Shown here in pieces: positions 26,658 through 35,689 of a stretch of 64,000 nucleotides of DNA. Source of the DNA: Chitinophaga pinensis (GTDB lineage Bacteria; Bacteroidota; Bacteroidia; Flavobacteriales_D; Crocinitomicaceae); assembly GCA_943324565.2 (NCBI GenBank), contig CALPMC020000002.1, positions 963-64,962 of the forward strand, written 5' to 3'. Both the position numbers and the translations under genes were made by a program. How positions within the stretch are numbered: position 1 is the stretch's first letter; each line of letters begins with the position of its first letter. Below the pieces are notes generated by a model. The model did not search any database, was not told the DNA's origin, and saw nothing but the letters and a program-made list of their open reading frames with translations.

Positions 26658-26731
26658 TAGCGAGACCGAGAGTTGAACTCGGGACCTTTGGGTTATGAAT
26701 CCAACGCTCTAACCAACTGAGCTATCTCGCC
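26658..26731 (-). tRNA. tRNA with anticodon CAT (elongator Met or lysidine-modified Ile2; not distinguishable by eye)
   Basis: Manual cloverleaf: GGCGAGA-TA-GCTC-AGTTGGTTA-GAGC-G-TTGGA-TTCATAA-CCCAA-AGGTC-CCGAG-TTCAACT-CTCGG-TCTCGCT-A. It has a G1-U72 wobble and an A31-C39 mismatch. CCA is not encoded. Confidence 0.9.
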
Positions 26732-26742
26732 ATAAAATGTTT

Positions 26743-26787
26743 AATCTAACGCTCTAACCTCCGCCGCGGCGGATGAGCAATCTCGCC
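26743..26787 (-). pseudogene. Truncated copy of the tRNA 5' half (acceptor 5' strand, D-arm, start of the anticodon stem) with a 14-nt GC palindrome in the D-loop
   Basis: Minus strand reads GGCGAGA-TT-GCTC-A[TCCGCCGCGGCGGA]GGTTA-GAGC-GTTAGATT. It is near-identical to tRNA positions 1-33 outside the insert. No T-arm and no 3' acceptor strand follow. Confidence 0.75.
26760..26773. repeat. GC palindrome TCCGCCGCGGCGGA, copy 1
   Basis: Perfect 14-nt palindrome, identical to 39616-39629. Confidence 0.9.
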
Positions 26788-26800
26788 ATAATTGAGGGTG

Positions 26801-26808
26801 CAAATATA
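26801..26808 (-). promoter_or_regulatory. -7 promoter box TATATTTG (minus strand) upstream of the tRNA fragment and tRNA
   Basis: Plus strand reads CAAATATA. It is the only consensus box upstream of the tRNA, and it lies 13 nt before the pseudo-5'-half, not before the intact gene. Confidence 0.45.
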
Positions 26809-26904
26809 ATGAGATTTTTAAATTTCAAAAGGAATTGTTTTAAGATTTCAAAAAAAAATACCGTAAGATTCTAAACTTGCTGTATATCAGAGAGAAAAAT
26901 AAAA

Positions 26905-27480
26905 TCAATGCACCATTGTCAGCATAAATAGGCTTAACAAATCCAAAATTCCGTGCAAAAGTAAAAGGTAAGAAATTGAGTTTTTAGGTTTTTGGTAAAC
27001 AATATAAGTTGCAAATAGCGGAATACTGGTATACGAAAACCAATAGGTTTGCTCCGTAAACCCAGCGAAATGAATGAATGTTATTACAATTGGAACTAGA
27101 AACTTAAACTTTAGCTTTTCAACGAAACTCCAGGTGAAAATGGAAATTATTAGTAGCACCACGTGAATTAACCTTAAACTATCTAGTACCAACGTTTCGG
27201 AGAAAATGGCTAAGTCTTTATCATCAAGAATAACGCTCCATAAAATTTGATTGGTCAATAACTTGAATAAAATGGCAAGGAAGTAAAAATAGAAATACCA
27301 TTTTCTAAAAGTTAAAATATCGCGCCAGTTCCAAAATGCGAATTGAATTGCGATAATAATTAAGATAAAATCAAAAATTGGAAAAGGTAAAATAAATGAA
27401 CCTTGATCCTTAAAAATTGAAAAACCGTAAGCTAGAAGTGTAAGAACAACAAGAAAGATGGTTCTTTTTTCGCGATTCAT
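26905..27480 (-). CDS. Hypothetical polytopic membrane protein
   Basis: 191 aa with about six hydrophobic segments. Directly abuts the map stop codon. Confidence 0.55.
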   Translation of the reverse strand: MNREKRTIFLVVLTLLAYGFSIFKDQGSFILPFPIFDFILIIIAIQFAFWNWRDILTFRKWYFYFYFLAILFKLLTNQILWSVILDDKDLAIFSETLVLDSLRLIHVVLLIISIFTWSFVEKLKFKFLVPIVITFIHFAGFTEQTYWFSYTSIPLFATYIVYQKPKNSISYLLLLHGILDLLSLFMLTMVH

Positions 27481-28254
27481 TTATTTACCTAAAGCCTCGT
27501 AAATGTAATCAAATGTAGATAAAATCACTGCTTGTCCATCAACAACGGCAACATCATGCTCAAAATGGGCGCTAGGTAATCCATCAGCAGTAGCAATTGT
27601 CCATTTATCGTCCAATGTAATTACTTTTTCAGTTCCCAAGTTAATCATTGGCTCAATTGCAATCGTTAAGCCATTTTGAATTCTTTTACCGCGTCCTCTT
27701 CTGCCAAAATTTGGAACTTGTGGTTCCTCGTGTAAATTTTTACCTAAACCATGTCCAACTAAGTCTCGCACAACTCCGTAACCGTGTTTTTCTGCATGTT
27801 GTTGAATGGCCCAGCCAATGTCCTCAACACGATTTGCTGTGTTGCACTGATCAATTCCAATGTATAAACATTCTTTTGTTACCTCACACAATTTTTTCAC
27901 CTCTGGTCGAACTTCACCTATTTCAAAAGTATAAGCGTGATCTCCATAGTATCCTTTATAAAAAGACCCACAATCAACAGAAACGATATCTCCTTCTTTA
28001 AACGGTCTATCGGTTGGTAAACCATGAACAACTTGCTCATTTACAGAAATTAAAAGAGTACTTGGACAACCATATAAACCTAAAAATCCTGGAACTGCAT
28101 TTTGCGAACGAATATAAGCTTCTGCCATTGTATCCAATTCTTTTGGAGTTGTGCCCGGATGCATTTTTTTAGCAACTAAACCTAAAGTACGACTAACAAT
28201 TTGAGCTGCTTCACGCATGATAGCAATCTCTTCTGAAGTTTTATAACGAATCAT
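27481..28254 (-). CDS. map: Type I methionine aminopeptidase
   Basis: MIRYKTSEEIAIMREA start; metal ligands (VSVDCG...GYYGD, HGLG, IEPM, HFEH). The start was moved to ATG 28254 because the TACATTTG box (28282-28289) overlaps the longer ORF call. Confidence 0.9.
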   Translation of the reverse strand: MIRYKTSEEIAIMREAAQIVSRTLGLVAKKMHPGTTPKELDTMAEAYIRSQNAVPGFLGLYGCPSTLLISVNEQVVHGLPTDRPFKEGDIVSVDCGSFYKGYYGDHAYTFEIGEVRPEVKKLCEVTKECLYIGIDQCNTANRVEDIGWAIQQHAEKHGYGVVRDLVGHGLGKNLHEEPQVPNFGRRGRGKRIQNGLTIAIEPMINLGTEKVITLDDKWTIATADGLPSAHFEHDVAVVDGQAVILSTFDYIYEALGK

Positions 28255-28281
28255 GAATTTTCCCAAAAGTGACATAGAGCG

Positions 28282-28289
28282 CAAATGTA
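28282..28289 (-). promoter_or_regulatory. -7 promoter box TACATTTG (minus strand)
   Basis: Plus strand reads CAAATGTA, 27 nt upstream of the map ATG at 28254. Confidence 0.4.
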
Positions 28290-28388
28290 GTCATTCCAAA
28301 TGAATTTTTAAGATGACAAAATCAAGTAGATATTGAATTTTATTGATAAAAACATTAATTCTTTTTTTTGATTTTTTAACTTTTATTC

Positions 28389-28396
28389 TATCTTTG
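28389..28396 (+). promoter_or_regulatory. -7 promoter box TATCTTTG
   Basis: 14 nt upstream of the ATG at 28411. Confidence 0.45.
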
Positions 28397-28410
28397 AAAA
28401 AAATAGAAAG

Positions 28411-28695
28411 ATGAAAAAAGTATTAATGATGGTTGCAGCGGTTGCTTTTTTAGTGGCATGTAACGGCAGTAAAAAAGGAGCTTGGTCTGATGAAGATAAA
28501 CAAAAAGCTAAAGATGAAGTGAAAAAAGTTGAAGCATCTTTAGATGTTTTAGGTGACAAAAAACAAGCTTATGTTGATTGTTACTTAGAGAAAATTGAAG
28601 ACAATTACGAAAATTTTGATGCTGCAAACAAAGATCAAAAAGGATGTGAAAAACACGCTATGGATTGTGTTCAAGATATTTTTGCAGGAAAATAA
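28411..28695 (+). CDS. Small lipoprotein, paralogue of 26312-26614
   Basis: Lipobox LVAC. Roughly half the residues are identical to the first copy across the mature region. Confidence 0.7.
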   Translation: MKKVLMMVAAVAFLVACNGSKKGAWSDEDKQKAKDEVKKVEASLDVLGDKKQAYVDCYLEKIEDNYENFDAANKDQKGCEKHAMDCVQDIFAGK

Positions 28696-28718
28696 TTAAC
28701 AAAATCATAAATTTCAAA

Positions 28719-28749
28719 AAGACCGATTCATAAGACTCGGTCTTTTTTA
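28719..28749 (+). terminator. Rho-independent terminator
   Basis: Stem AGACCGA/TCGGTCT (28720-28726 and 28737-28743), followed by a T-run. Confidence 0.75.
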
Positions 28750-28773
28750 TTTGTTCTTATATTTTTTAATAAT

Positions 28774-29334
28774 ATGATTGAAAATCAACAGTTTGAACGC
28801 GTTAACTTAAATAATAAATCTCTTCTTGCAACAAACTATGAGAATTGTCAATTCAATAATTGTGATTTCTCAAATGGGAATTTATATGACTTCAAATTTG
28901 AAGATTGTGATTTCTTTGAATGCAATTTCAGTTTGGCTCATTTACCAGGAACAGCCTTTAGAAATGTAAATTTTAAAGATTGCAAAATGCTAGGGTTACG
29001 CTTTGACGACTGTGCTGCTTTTGGTTTAGCTTTTTCATTTGAAAATTGCACACTTAATCATTCATCATTTTACAAGTTAAAAATTAAGCAGACTAAATTT
29101 TTGAATTGTTCTTTGGAAGCCGTTGATTTTACAGAAACGGATTTAACACAGTCGAATTTTGCGAAATCTAATTTGAAAGATGCTGTTTTTGAGCGAAGTA
29201 ACTTAGAGAAGTGTGATTTTAGAAATGCATTAAGTTATTCTTTCGACCCAGAATTAAATCGGATTAAAAAAGCTAAATTTTCTCGAGATGCAGTCATCGG
29301 TTTATTGGCGAAATATCCAATTGAAATCGAATAG
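28774..29334 (+). CDS. Pentapeptide-repeat protein
   Basis: Continuous A(D/N)LXX-type repeats (NFSNGNLYDFKFEDCDFFECNFSLAHL...). Confidence 0.85.
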   Translation: MIENQQFERVNLNNKSLLATNYENCQFNNCDFSNGNLYDFKFEDCDFFECNFSLAHLPGTAFRNVNFKDCKMLGLRFDDCAAFGLAFSFENCTLNHSSFYKLKIKQTKFLNCSLEAVDFTETDLTQSNFAKSNLKDAVFERSNLEKCDFRNALSYSFDPELNRIKKAKFSRDAVIGLLAKYPIEIE

Positions 29335-29336
29335 AA

Positions 29337-29876
29337 TTAACCAATCAATATTTTTTGAAGCTCTAAACAAGTATTCCAGTTTCTTGTAGTGGCAAGGTTT
29401 TTAAGTTTTTTCTCAATGAAATTATTACTCAATTTTGTGGTGCCATAACCTGTTGGTAAATAGAGATAAACAGCTTTTCCTTGACAAAATAACTGTTCAC
29501 TTTCCGAACATTTATCATGTAGATGTGGAATTAAATTCTTGTCTAATTCGCTTTCTAAAAATGTGACATGCACAAATTTAGTGTCAAAATTGGATTGTTT
29601 CACAAACGGATTTTCATCTACAATTTTATCAAATTCCTCTTCTTTAAATACAAGAACTGGAACGTTTAAATTGAAATTCTTTTCAATCCCATCCTTTATT
29701 TTAGAAGCTATTTCAACAGGATTATTCAATTTACTTTCGAAGCAAATATTTCCACTTTGTATGTACGTACTAATAGATTGAAAACCAAACTCCTCCATAC
29801 TTATTCTTAAAGCATCCATTTTAATTAGATTCTTTCCACTAACATTAATTCCACGTAGGATTGCTACATATTTCAT
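29337..29876 (-). CDS. DUF1697-family protein
   Basis: MKYVAILRGINVSGKNLIKMDALR is the characteristic N-terminus of this family. Confidence 0.7.
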   Translation of the reverse strand: MKYVAILRGINVSGKNLIKMDALRISMEEFGFQSISTYIQSGNICFESKLNNPVEIASKIKDGIEKNFNLNVPVLVFKEEEFDKIVDENPFVKQSNFDTKFVHVTFLESELDKNLIPHLHDKCSESEQLFCQGKAVYLYLPTGYGTTKLSNNFIEKKLKNLATTRNWNTCLELQKILIG

Positions 29877-30502
29877 AGTTCATTTTTTGTTCTAAAGACA
29901 ATCAATCTGTCTGTAATTAACTCCAATTCTAAATTGAACTTCTCAGCTATATATTCCATTGTTTTCTTGCGATAAATAATAACATGGGTAATATCCAAGC
30001 GATAGTGCCACGTTTCAAAGTCAATTTCATTGGCATACAAAAGTGTCATCACAATCAAACGTCCATTTTTATTGAGCATTTTCGATAATTGAATCAATTC
30101 CTTGTTGGGTTGCTGAAAATGTTCCCAAACTTCAGAACAAACAATATAATCATACTTGGAATTTAAACGTTCCTCAATAGGTTCAAAGTACAAATCGTAT
30201 TGCGTAATTGAAAATTGATTGTCAGTTAGTATTTTCGATATCACTGGACCTGTTCCAGCGCCAAAATCTAATCCTTTGTCACTTGCTTTTTGATGCTGAA
30301 GTACAAATTCGGTTACTGGTGATACAAAGTTCTGATAACCAATATTATTCACATCATTGTTGTGTTTTTCGTAGTGTTTTTTTTCTTCTTCAGGAAATAT
30401 ATAAAGTTGCTCGTCCTTCACTATAGCGAAACAAGTTGAACAGTCGTAAAACTGAGTATTTTTCTTTAGTTTCAATTTAGAATCACAAAGTGGACAGTTC
30501 AT
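29873..30502 (-). CDS. Class I SAM-dependent methyltransferase with an N-terminal zinc-ribbon
   Basis: CPLCDS...CSTC ribbon, glycine-rich SAM motif LDFGAGTGP. I prefer ATG 30502 because the TATTTTTG box at 30523-30530 lies inside the longer TTG-start call. Confidence 0.75.
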   Translation of the reverse strand: MNCPLCDSKLKLKKNTQFYDCSTCFAIVKDEQLYIFPEEEKKHYEKHNNDVNNIGYQNFVSPVTEFVLQHQKASDKGLDFGAGTGPVISKILTDNQFSITQYDLYFEPIEERLNSKYDYIVCSEVWEHFQQPNKELIQLSKMLNKNGRLIVMTLLYANEIDFETWHYRLDITHVIIYRKKTMEYIAEKFNLELELITDRLIVFRTKNEL

Positions 30503-30522
30503 AATTTGGTTTGAGTTGCTTT

Positions 30523-30530
30523 CAAAAATA
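30523..30530 (-). promoter_or_regulatory. -7 promoter box TATTTTTG (minus strand)
   Basis: Plus strand reads CAAAAATA, 20 nt upstream of ATG 30502. Confidence 0.4.
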
Positions 30531-30594
30531 GAGAATAAATTTCTCAAACGCTTCCTTTTTACAAGAACGAAAGCTATACCTTAATAATTTCTTT

Positions 30595-30602
30595 TACTTT
30601 TG
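30595..30602 (+). promoter_or_regulatory. -7 promoter box TACTTTTG
   Basis: 4-nt gap to the ATG at 30607 (leaderless geometry). Confidence 0.45.
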
Positions 30603-30606
30603 CCAC

Positions 30607-30861
30607 ATGCGACTTGTTAAACAAATTCCACACGATCGATATTTAATTCAAATTCATCAATATAACGGAAAATATATCCTTAAAATTGAATTGGCACAAT
30701 TTGAACAATTGTTTAAAATCAGTGAAATGGATCTTTCTAGCCTAGAAGATTTAGAAAAAATGATTCAAGGTGAATTTCTTTCCAATTGTTTGAAACGCTT
30801 TGTGGAAATGCGTACAGATTGGCAGGAAGCATTCAATAAATTACAAAATCAAGCTTTATAG
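30607..30861 (+). CDS. Hypothetical small protein
   Basis: 84-aa ORF preceded by a promoter box and followed immediately by the OmpH-like gene. No family recognised. Confidence 0.5.
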   Translation: MRLVKQIPHDRYLIQIHQYNGKYILKIELAQFEQLFKISEMDLSSLEDLEKMIQGEFLSNCLKRFVEMRTDWQEAFNKLQNQAL

Positions 30862-30862
30862 T

Positions 30863-31456
30863 ATGAAAAAAATTATTTCTCTGTTAGTAATTCCAACAGC
30901 AATTTTATTTTCTTGTAGTTCAAAAGAAGAGGTTAAAAAAGACTCTACCCCAAAAGTTCAAGCTCGTGATATGAATGGATTGGTCATTGCTTATTACAGT
31001 AATGATAGTATTAAAGAGCAATTCGAATTTTACAAACGCGAAGATGCTGCAGTGACTAAAAAACAAAAAGCATTTCAGGCAGAAGTACAACGCCGTACAA
31101 CAGAATATCAAAACTTTTTGCAGCGTAAAGACCAAGAGGCTAGAGGTGGTTTGTTGTCTCAAAATGAAATTGCTCAAGCTCAACAAAAAGCACAACAAAT
31201 GGAAGCTTCTATAATGCAATATCAACAAACTGAAGGCGCTCGTTTGGAGGAAGAAACCTTGAAAAAACTGGAAGATATTAGTAAGAAAATTGAAGCACTT
31301 GGTAAAAAATACTGTGAGAAACATAAGATTGATATTTTATTAATTCATGGTGAGGGTGGACAATTGAATTATATAAATCCTTCTATGGATGTGACCACTG
31401 AGTTCATTAACTTCCTGAATGAAAATCAAAAACAGATTGAAAAAGATTTAAAATAA
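30863..31456 (+). CDS. OmpH/Skp-like periplasmic chaperone lipoprotein
   Basis: MKKIISLLVIPTAILFSC lipobox, then a long Q/E/K-rich coiled-coil typical of OmpH. Start trimmed from 30800 to ATG 30863. Confidence 0.7.
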   Translation: MKKIISLLVIPTAILFSCSSKEEVKKDSTPKVQARDMNGLVIAYYSNDSIKEQFEFYKREDAAVTKKQKAFQAEVQRRTTEYQNFLQRKDQEARGGLLSQNEIAQAQQKAQQMEASIMQYQQTEGARLEEETLKKLEDISKKIEALGKKYCEKHKIDILLIHGEGGQLNYINPSMDVTTEFINFLNENQKQIEKDLK

Positions 31457-32007
31457 TGTTAATAGCCCTTCAAAAGCAAAAAGAAAATATTGCTGAGTAT
31501 TTATTGTATATGTTTCAAATTGAGGAGATTATACGAACTTTTCAATTAGATTTAGATAAAATCATGTCTAATTTTGTTGAGCCAAGTATTCCCAATATTT
31601 CTTATTTGAATCAATACCGTGAATGGTACGCGGATTTAATCAAGCAAATGAAAGTGCGTGGACTTGAAAAAGAAGGTCATACTGAAACTGTGAATGAGGT
31701 TATTATGGAGTTGGTTTATTTACATAATACTTTGCTTACAATTGTAAATGACGAGAAATACAAAACCTTAGTTGAACATGCTGCAGAATACTTAAATGAA
31801 TTCAAAGGAAAAGCAAATATGACACAACGCAACGATATCGAGGTTTTGTTGCATGCGATGTATATGAAATTGCAATTGAAAATACGCAAACAAGAAATCA
31901 GCGCTGAAACTGAAGAGGCAATGGACAAACTTCGCATTCAACTTGCATATTTAGCACGTGAATATAGCCGAATGAAAAGCGGTAATTGGAGCTTCGGACA
32001 GAATTAA
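31456..32007 (+). CDS. DUF4924-family protein
   Basis: KQKENIAEYLLYMFQIEEIIR is the characteristic N-terminus (from memory). TAATG overlap with the upstream gene. Confidence 0.6.
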   Translation: MLIALQKQKENIAEYLLYMFQIEEIIRTFQLDLDKIMSNFVEPSIPNISYLNQYREWYADLIKQMKVRGLEKEGHTETVNEVIMELVYLHNTLLTIVNDEKYKTLVEHAAEYLNEFKGKANMTQRNDIEVLLHAMYMKLQLKIRKQEISAETEEAMDKLRIQLAYLAREYSRMKSGNWSFGQN

Positions 32008-32197
32008 GATTTTTATCAGGTATTCTCTACTTCTAAAAACAAAAATCAAACTTTAAATAAGTTCAAATTATATGACTTTAGCTTATCAAAGTCGTTTCCA
32101 AATCATTTGATTTTAAGCCTTTAAAAAACGAATAAGGATTTTTTTTCATTTCCTTCATTATCTTTATTGCTTATTGATTTTTATACAAATCTAACTT

Positions 32198-33640
32198 ATG
32201 GAACGTCGCAAAGTATTACGCTTATTTCTAGTTTCTTCGGTAGCCGCAGTTATAGCTCCAAAATTAACTTTTGGTCAAATTCCAGTATATAAGAATTTAG
32301 ATTTTTCAAGTTTAGATTTTGGTGCAGATTTCAAATGGGGTGTAGCAACAGCGGCGTATCAAATTGAAGGTGCACATAATTTAGACGGTAAATCAGCTTC
32401 AATTTGGGATACCTTTTCTCATGAAAAAGGTACTATAAAAACGGGAGAAAATGGCGATGTAGCATGTGACTTTTACCACAGCTTTGAACAAGATTTGGAT
32501 TTGTTGAAGTCCTTGAATATGACTGTTTTTCGATTCAGTATTGCATGGAGTAGGATTTTACCAAATGGGGTAGGGGCACCCAATCAAAAAGGAATTGATT
32601 TTTATCATCGAGTAATAGATGCTTGTTTAGAACGAGGGCTTGAACCTTGGCTGACTTTATATCATTGGGATTTACCACAAGTTCTTCAAGATCAAGGTGG
32701 ATGGATGAATCGTGCCTCGGTTTCCTGGTTTTCAGAATACGTTGAATTTATATCAAAAACTTATGGTGATAAGGTAAAGAATTGGATGGTTTTCAATGAA
32801 CCTTCTGCTTTCACTGCTTTAGGTTATCTCATTGGTTATCATGCGCCTGGACTAAAAGGGTTTAGACATTATTTACCAACAGTTCATCATGTTTGTTTAT
32901 GTCAAGCTGAAGGTGGAAGAATAATTCGCAAAAACGTAATTAATGCAAACATTGGAACTACTTTTTCTTGTTCACATGTGGATGTATTTAAAAGTGAAAA
33001 ACGTGACGGGAAATCTGCAAAGCGTTGGGATGTATTACTAAATCGATTATTCATTGAACCGGCTTTGGGTATGGGATATCCAACCGCAAGTTTTCCAATT
33101 TTACGCAAACTTGAAAAGTACATTTTACCTGGAGATTTAGAAAAATTAAAATTTGACTTTGATTTTATAGGTGTTCAAAATTACACACGTGAAGTAGTTA
33201 AAAAAATGGGAATAATTCCAATAATGAAAGGATTGGAAGTATCACCTAAAAAGCGAAATGTAAATGAAATAACAGATATGGGTTGGGAAGTTTACCCTGA
33301 AGGAATTTATCAAATCATTAAACAATTCGCTGCTTATCCTAACGTGAAAAAAGTCTTTGTAACCGAGAATGGATGTGCTTTTCCTGATGAAATCATTGAT
33401 GGAAAAGTAAATGATACCAAACGAATTGATTATTACCAACGCTATTTAAAACAGGTGCTTCGAGCAAAAGAAGAAGGCGTAAATATTGGAGGTTATTTCA
33501 GTTGGACGTTGTTAGATAATTTTGAATGGAGTGAAGGCTATAAACCTAGGTTTGGCTTAGTTTACGTTGATTTCAAAACTCAAAAAAGAACAATAAAAAA
33601 TAGTGGATATTGGTTTAAAGATTTTTTGGAGAAAAGATAA
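32198..33640 (+). CDS. GH1 beta-glucosidase with a Tat-like signal peptide
   Basis: Catalytic NEP (VFNEPSAF) and TENG (FVTENGCAF) motifs. N-terminus MERRKVLRLFL. Confidence 0.9.
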   Translation: MERRKVLRLFLVSSVAAVIAPKLTFGQIPVYKNLDFSSLDFGADFKWGVATAAYQIEGAHNLDGKSASIWDTFSHEKGTIKTGENGDVACDFYHSFEQDLDLLKSLNMTVFRFSIAWSRILPNGVGAPNQKGIDFYHRVIDACLERGLEPWLTLYHWDLPQVLQDQGGWMNRASVSWFSEYVEFISKTYGDKVKNWMVFNEPSAFTALGYLIGYHAPGLKGFRHYLPTVHHVCLCQAEGGRIIRKNVINANIGTTFSCSHVDVFKSEKRDGKSAKRWDVLLNRLFIEPALGMGYPTASFPILRKLEKYILPGDLEKLKFDFDFIGVQNYTREVVKKMGIIPIMKGLEVSPKKRNVNEITDMGWEVYPEGIYQIIKQFAAYPNVKKVFVTENGCAFPDEIIDGKVNDTKRIDYYQRYLKQVLRAKEEGVNIGGYFSWTLLDNFEWSEGYKPRFGLVYVDFKTQKRTIKNSGYWFKDFLEKR

Positions 33641-33715
33641 AAACAAGTCTTTTAAAAGTAAATCCTTGTATCCAAAAGAGAATTCACCTAGCTAAATTAT
33701 TCCGAAATACTTAAA

Positions 33716-35557
33716 TCACAACTTCACCATTCGAACTAACTTATTCCTTTGATTATCTTTAATTTGGATTTGATAAATTCCAGAATTAAAATTCTCGCCA
33801 TCTATTTTTAAATTGTTTAAGCCGTTTAATGTTTGGTAATCTTTTGACTGTAAAAGTTTCCCGTCTTCTGATAAAACTTTAACCGTAATTTTTCCTTGTT
33901 TAGCAGCGTTATATTGAACTGTAATTTCCTTTTCAAATGGATTTGGGTAAGCACCAATCCAAACCAAAGAATTGTTAAGATTTGTAACGTTAATTGTTGG
34001 GTCAATCATTGGTGCTTGCTCACAATTAGAATGATTTCTTGAAGACGCAGCACTTGAACTATTTAAGAATCGTTCTCCTGAGTTAACATGAAATTTATTT
34101 CCTAAAGTAACATTCGTAGTAGGGGTAGTAATATTCTCATTTAACCAATAATCACCTTGAACACGTTGTTGGTTGATATCTAAAACTAAGTACCCTTTTT
34201 TAGATAAATCCGACCACTTGATATGCGGATTAGCAGCTGATATAAATGCAGAAGGAAAACCAATTGGAGAACTTGAACTCGTTACACTTGTGATTACATA
34301 TTCAACGCCAGCACTACCTGAACCAGTTGATGAATTATAGCCTGTGTGCGGTAAATCATTAGCCCATGAAGTGTGAATGTCTCCGGTTAAAACCACCAAA
34401 TTTTGAATATTGTTATCTAAAATGTGATTATACAATTTCGTTCTTTCTGCAGGATAACCATCCCATTGGTCAGTGTTTAATGTTACACCAAATGCTTTTA
34501 GAGGAGCCATCATCACTTGTTGACCTAAAATGTTCCATTGAGCAGGGCTACTTCCTAGTTCAGTTGTCAACCAATTATATTGATCTAATCCTAAAATCGT
34601 TCGGTCAGGACTATTTGTCTCAGGATCTGTTGCATTAATTTGTTCCTCTCTACCTTCTAAACGAGTATCAAGCATGTATAAATTTAATAAATTTCCATAA
34701 GTGATTTTTCGGTAAAGTCTAGTTGAATCATCACTTTGTTCGCGTACAGGCATCCATTCAAAATAAGCTTGTTTTCCACTTGATTTACGAGCTGACCAAA
34801 TTCCTTCAGTTCCTTCTGTATGATTTTCAGCCCCATTCATCCAAGAATTATTTGCCGTTTCATGATCATCCCAAACAGTAATAAATGCGTATTGCTGGTG
34901 AACATTTCTTAAATCTTTATCTAAACGATAATGAGAATAACGAGTTCTATAATCGCTTAAAGTAACAATTTCATTTGCAGGTTCAGCTAATCTTCCATCA
35001 ACACCAGCAGCAGCAACATATTCATAAATGTAATCACCCAAGTGGATAACTGCATCAATGTCATTTCTTTCAACAATTGAAGCATAAGCATTGAAATAAC
35101 CGTTTTCATAATCAGAACAAGAAACAACTGCGAATCTTACACTATCGGCATTTGTTGATGGAGCCGTTTTCATTCTCCCAACTAATGAATTTGTTCCGTC
35201 ATAAGTAAAATCGTAGTAATAACAAGTTTTAGGATTTAAGCCTATCACATCAACTTTTACTGTATAATCTCTTAGTGATGATGTTATTGTTGAACCAGTT
35301 GCTACTATGTTATTCATAGCTATATCACTTGCTACTCTCCAATTAACATTTAAAACTTCTCCAGGTTGTGTTGGTGAGTTTGGCGTAATTCTTGTCCAAA
35401 TAATTATGCGGTCTGAAAGAGGATCGCCTGCTGCAACACCATGATAAAAAGGAGCTAATTGAGGAATTAAACCGCTTCGAACATTGTATTCATTTTGACT
35501 AAAAAGAGGTTGAAAACCAAGAATTACAAGAGCAAAAAATAGTAGGTTATTGTTCAT
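33716..35557 (-). CDS. phoD: PhoD-family alkaline phosphatase with T9SS type A C-terminal sorting domain
   Basis: Metallophosphatase pattern (HLGDYIYEY, WDDHE, LTGDIHTSWA). C-terminal YPNPFEKEITVQY...GIYQIQIKD sorting tail. Confidence 0.85.
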   Translation of the reverse strand: MNNNLLFFALVILGFQPLFSQNEYNVRSGLIPQLAPFYHGVAAGDPLSDRIIIWTRITPNSPTQPGEVLNVNWRVASDIAMNNIVATGSTITSSLRDYTVKVDVIGLNPKTCYYYDFTYDGTNSLVGRMKTAPSTNADSVRFAVVSCSDYENGYFNAYASIVERNDIDAVIHLGDYIYEYVAAAGVDGRLAEPANEIVTLSDYRTRYSHYRLDKDLRNVHQQYAFITVWDDHETANNSWMNGAENHTEGTEGIWSARKSSGKQAYFEWMPVREQSDDSTRLYRKITYGNLLNLYMLDTRLEGREEQINATDPETNSPDRTILGLDQYNWLTTELGSSPAQWNILGQQVMMAPLKAFGVTLNTDQWDGYPAERTKLYNHILDNNIQNLVVLTGDIHTSWANDLPHTGYNSSTGSGSAGVEYVITSVTSSSSPIGFPSAFISAANPHIKWSDLSKKGYLVLDINQQRVQGDYWLNENITTPTTNVTLGNKFHVNSGERFLNSSSAASSRNHSNCEQAPMIDPTINVTNLNNSLVWIGAYPNPFEKEITVQYNAAKQGKITVKVLSEDGKLLQSKDYQTLNGLNNLKIDGENFNSGIYQIQIKDNQRNKLVRMVKL

Positions 35558-35689
35558 TTTCAGTTTTTTAATTTTAGCACAAATTAAGTTTAAATATTTT
35601 CTTTAAATTGATTTAGAAAATGAATATTAAATTAATTGTTTGTTTCTAAAATCTGAACAAAACTTCTTTTATGAGATTAATAAAAAGAA

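Noticed and set aside
26658-26904. tRNA-associated integration site or genomic island, suggested by the duplicated tRNA segment
   Set aside because: The duplicated part is the 5' half, directly upstream of the gene. Integrase-mediated insertion duplicates the 3' end and separates the copies by the island. There is no integrase or foreign-looking gene nearby; the neighbours are hisS, map and conserved lipoproteins.
29332-29339. Convergent stop codons of the pentapeptide-repeat and DUF1697 genes only 2 nt apart, with no room for a terminator
   Set aside because: Noted as a curiosity, since it may imply overlapping 3' UTRs. However, tight convergent packing is common in compact genomes, and no structure or repeat is present to analyse.
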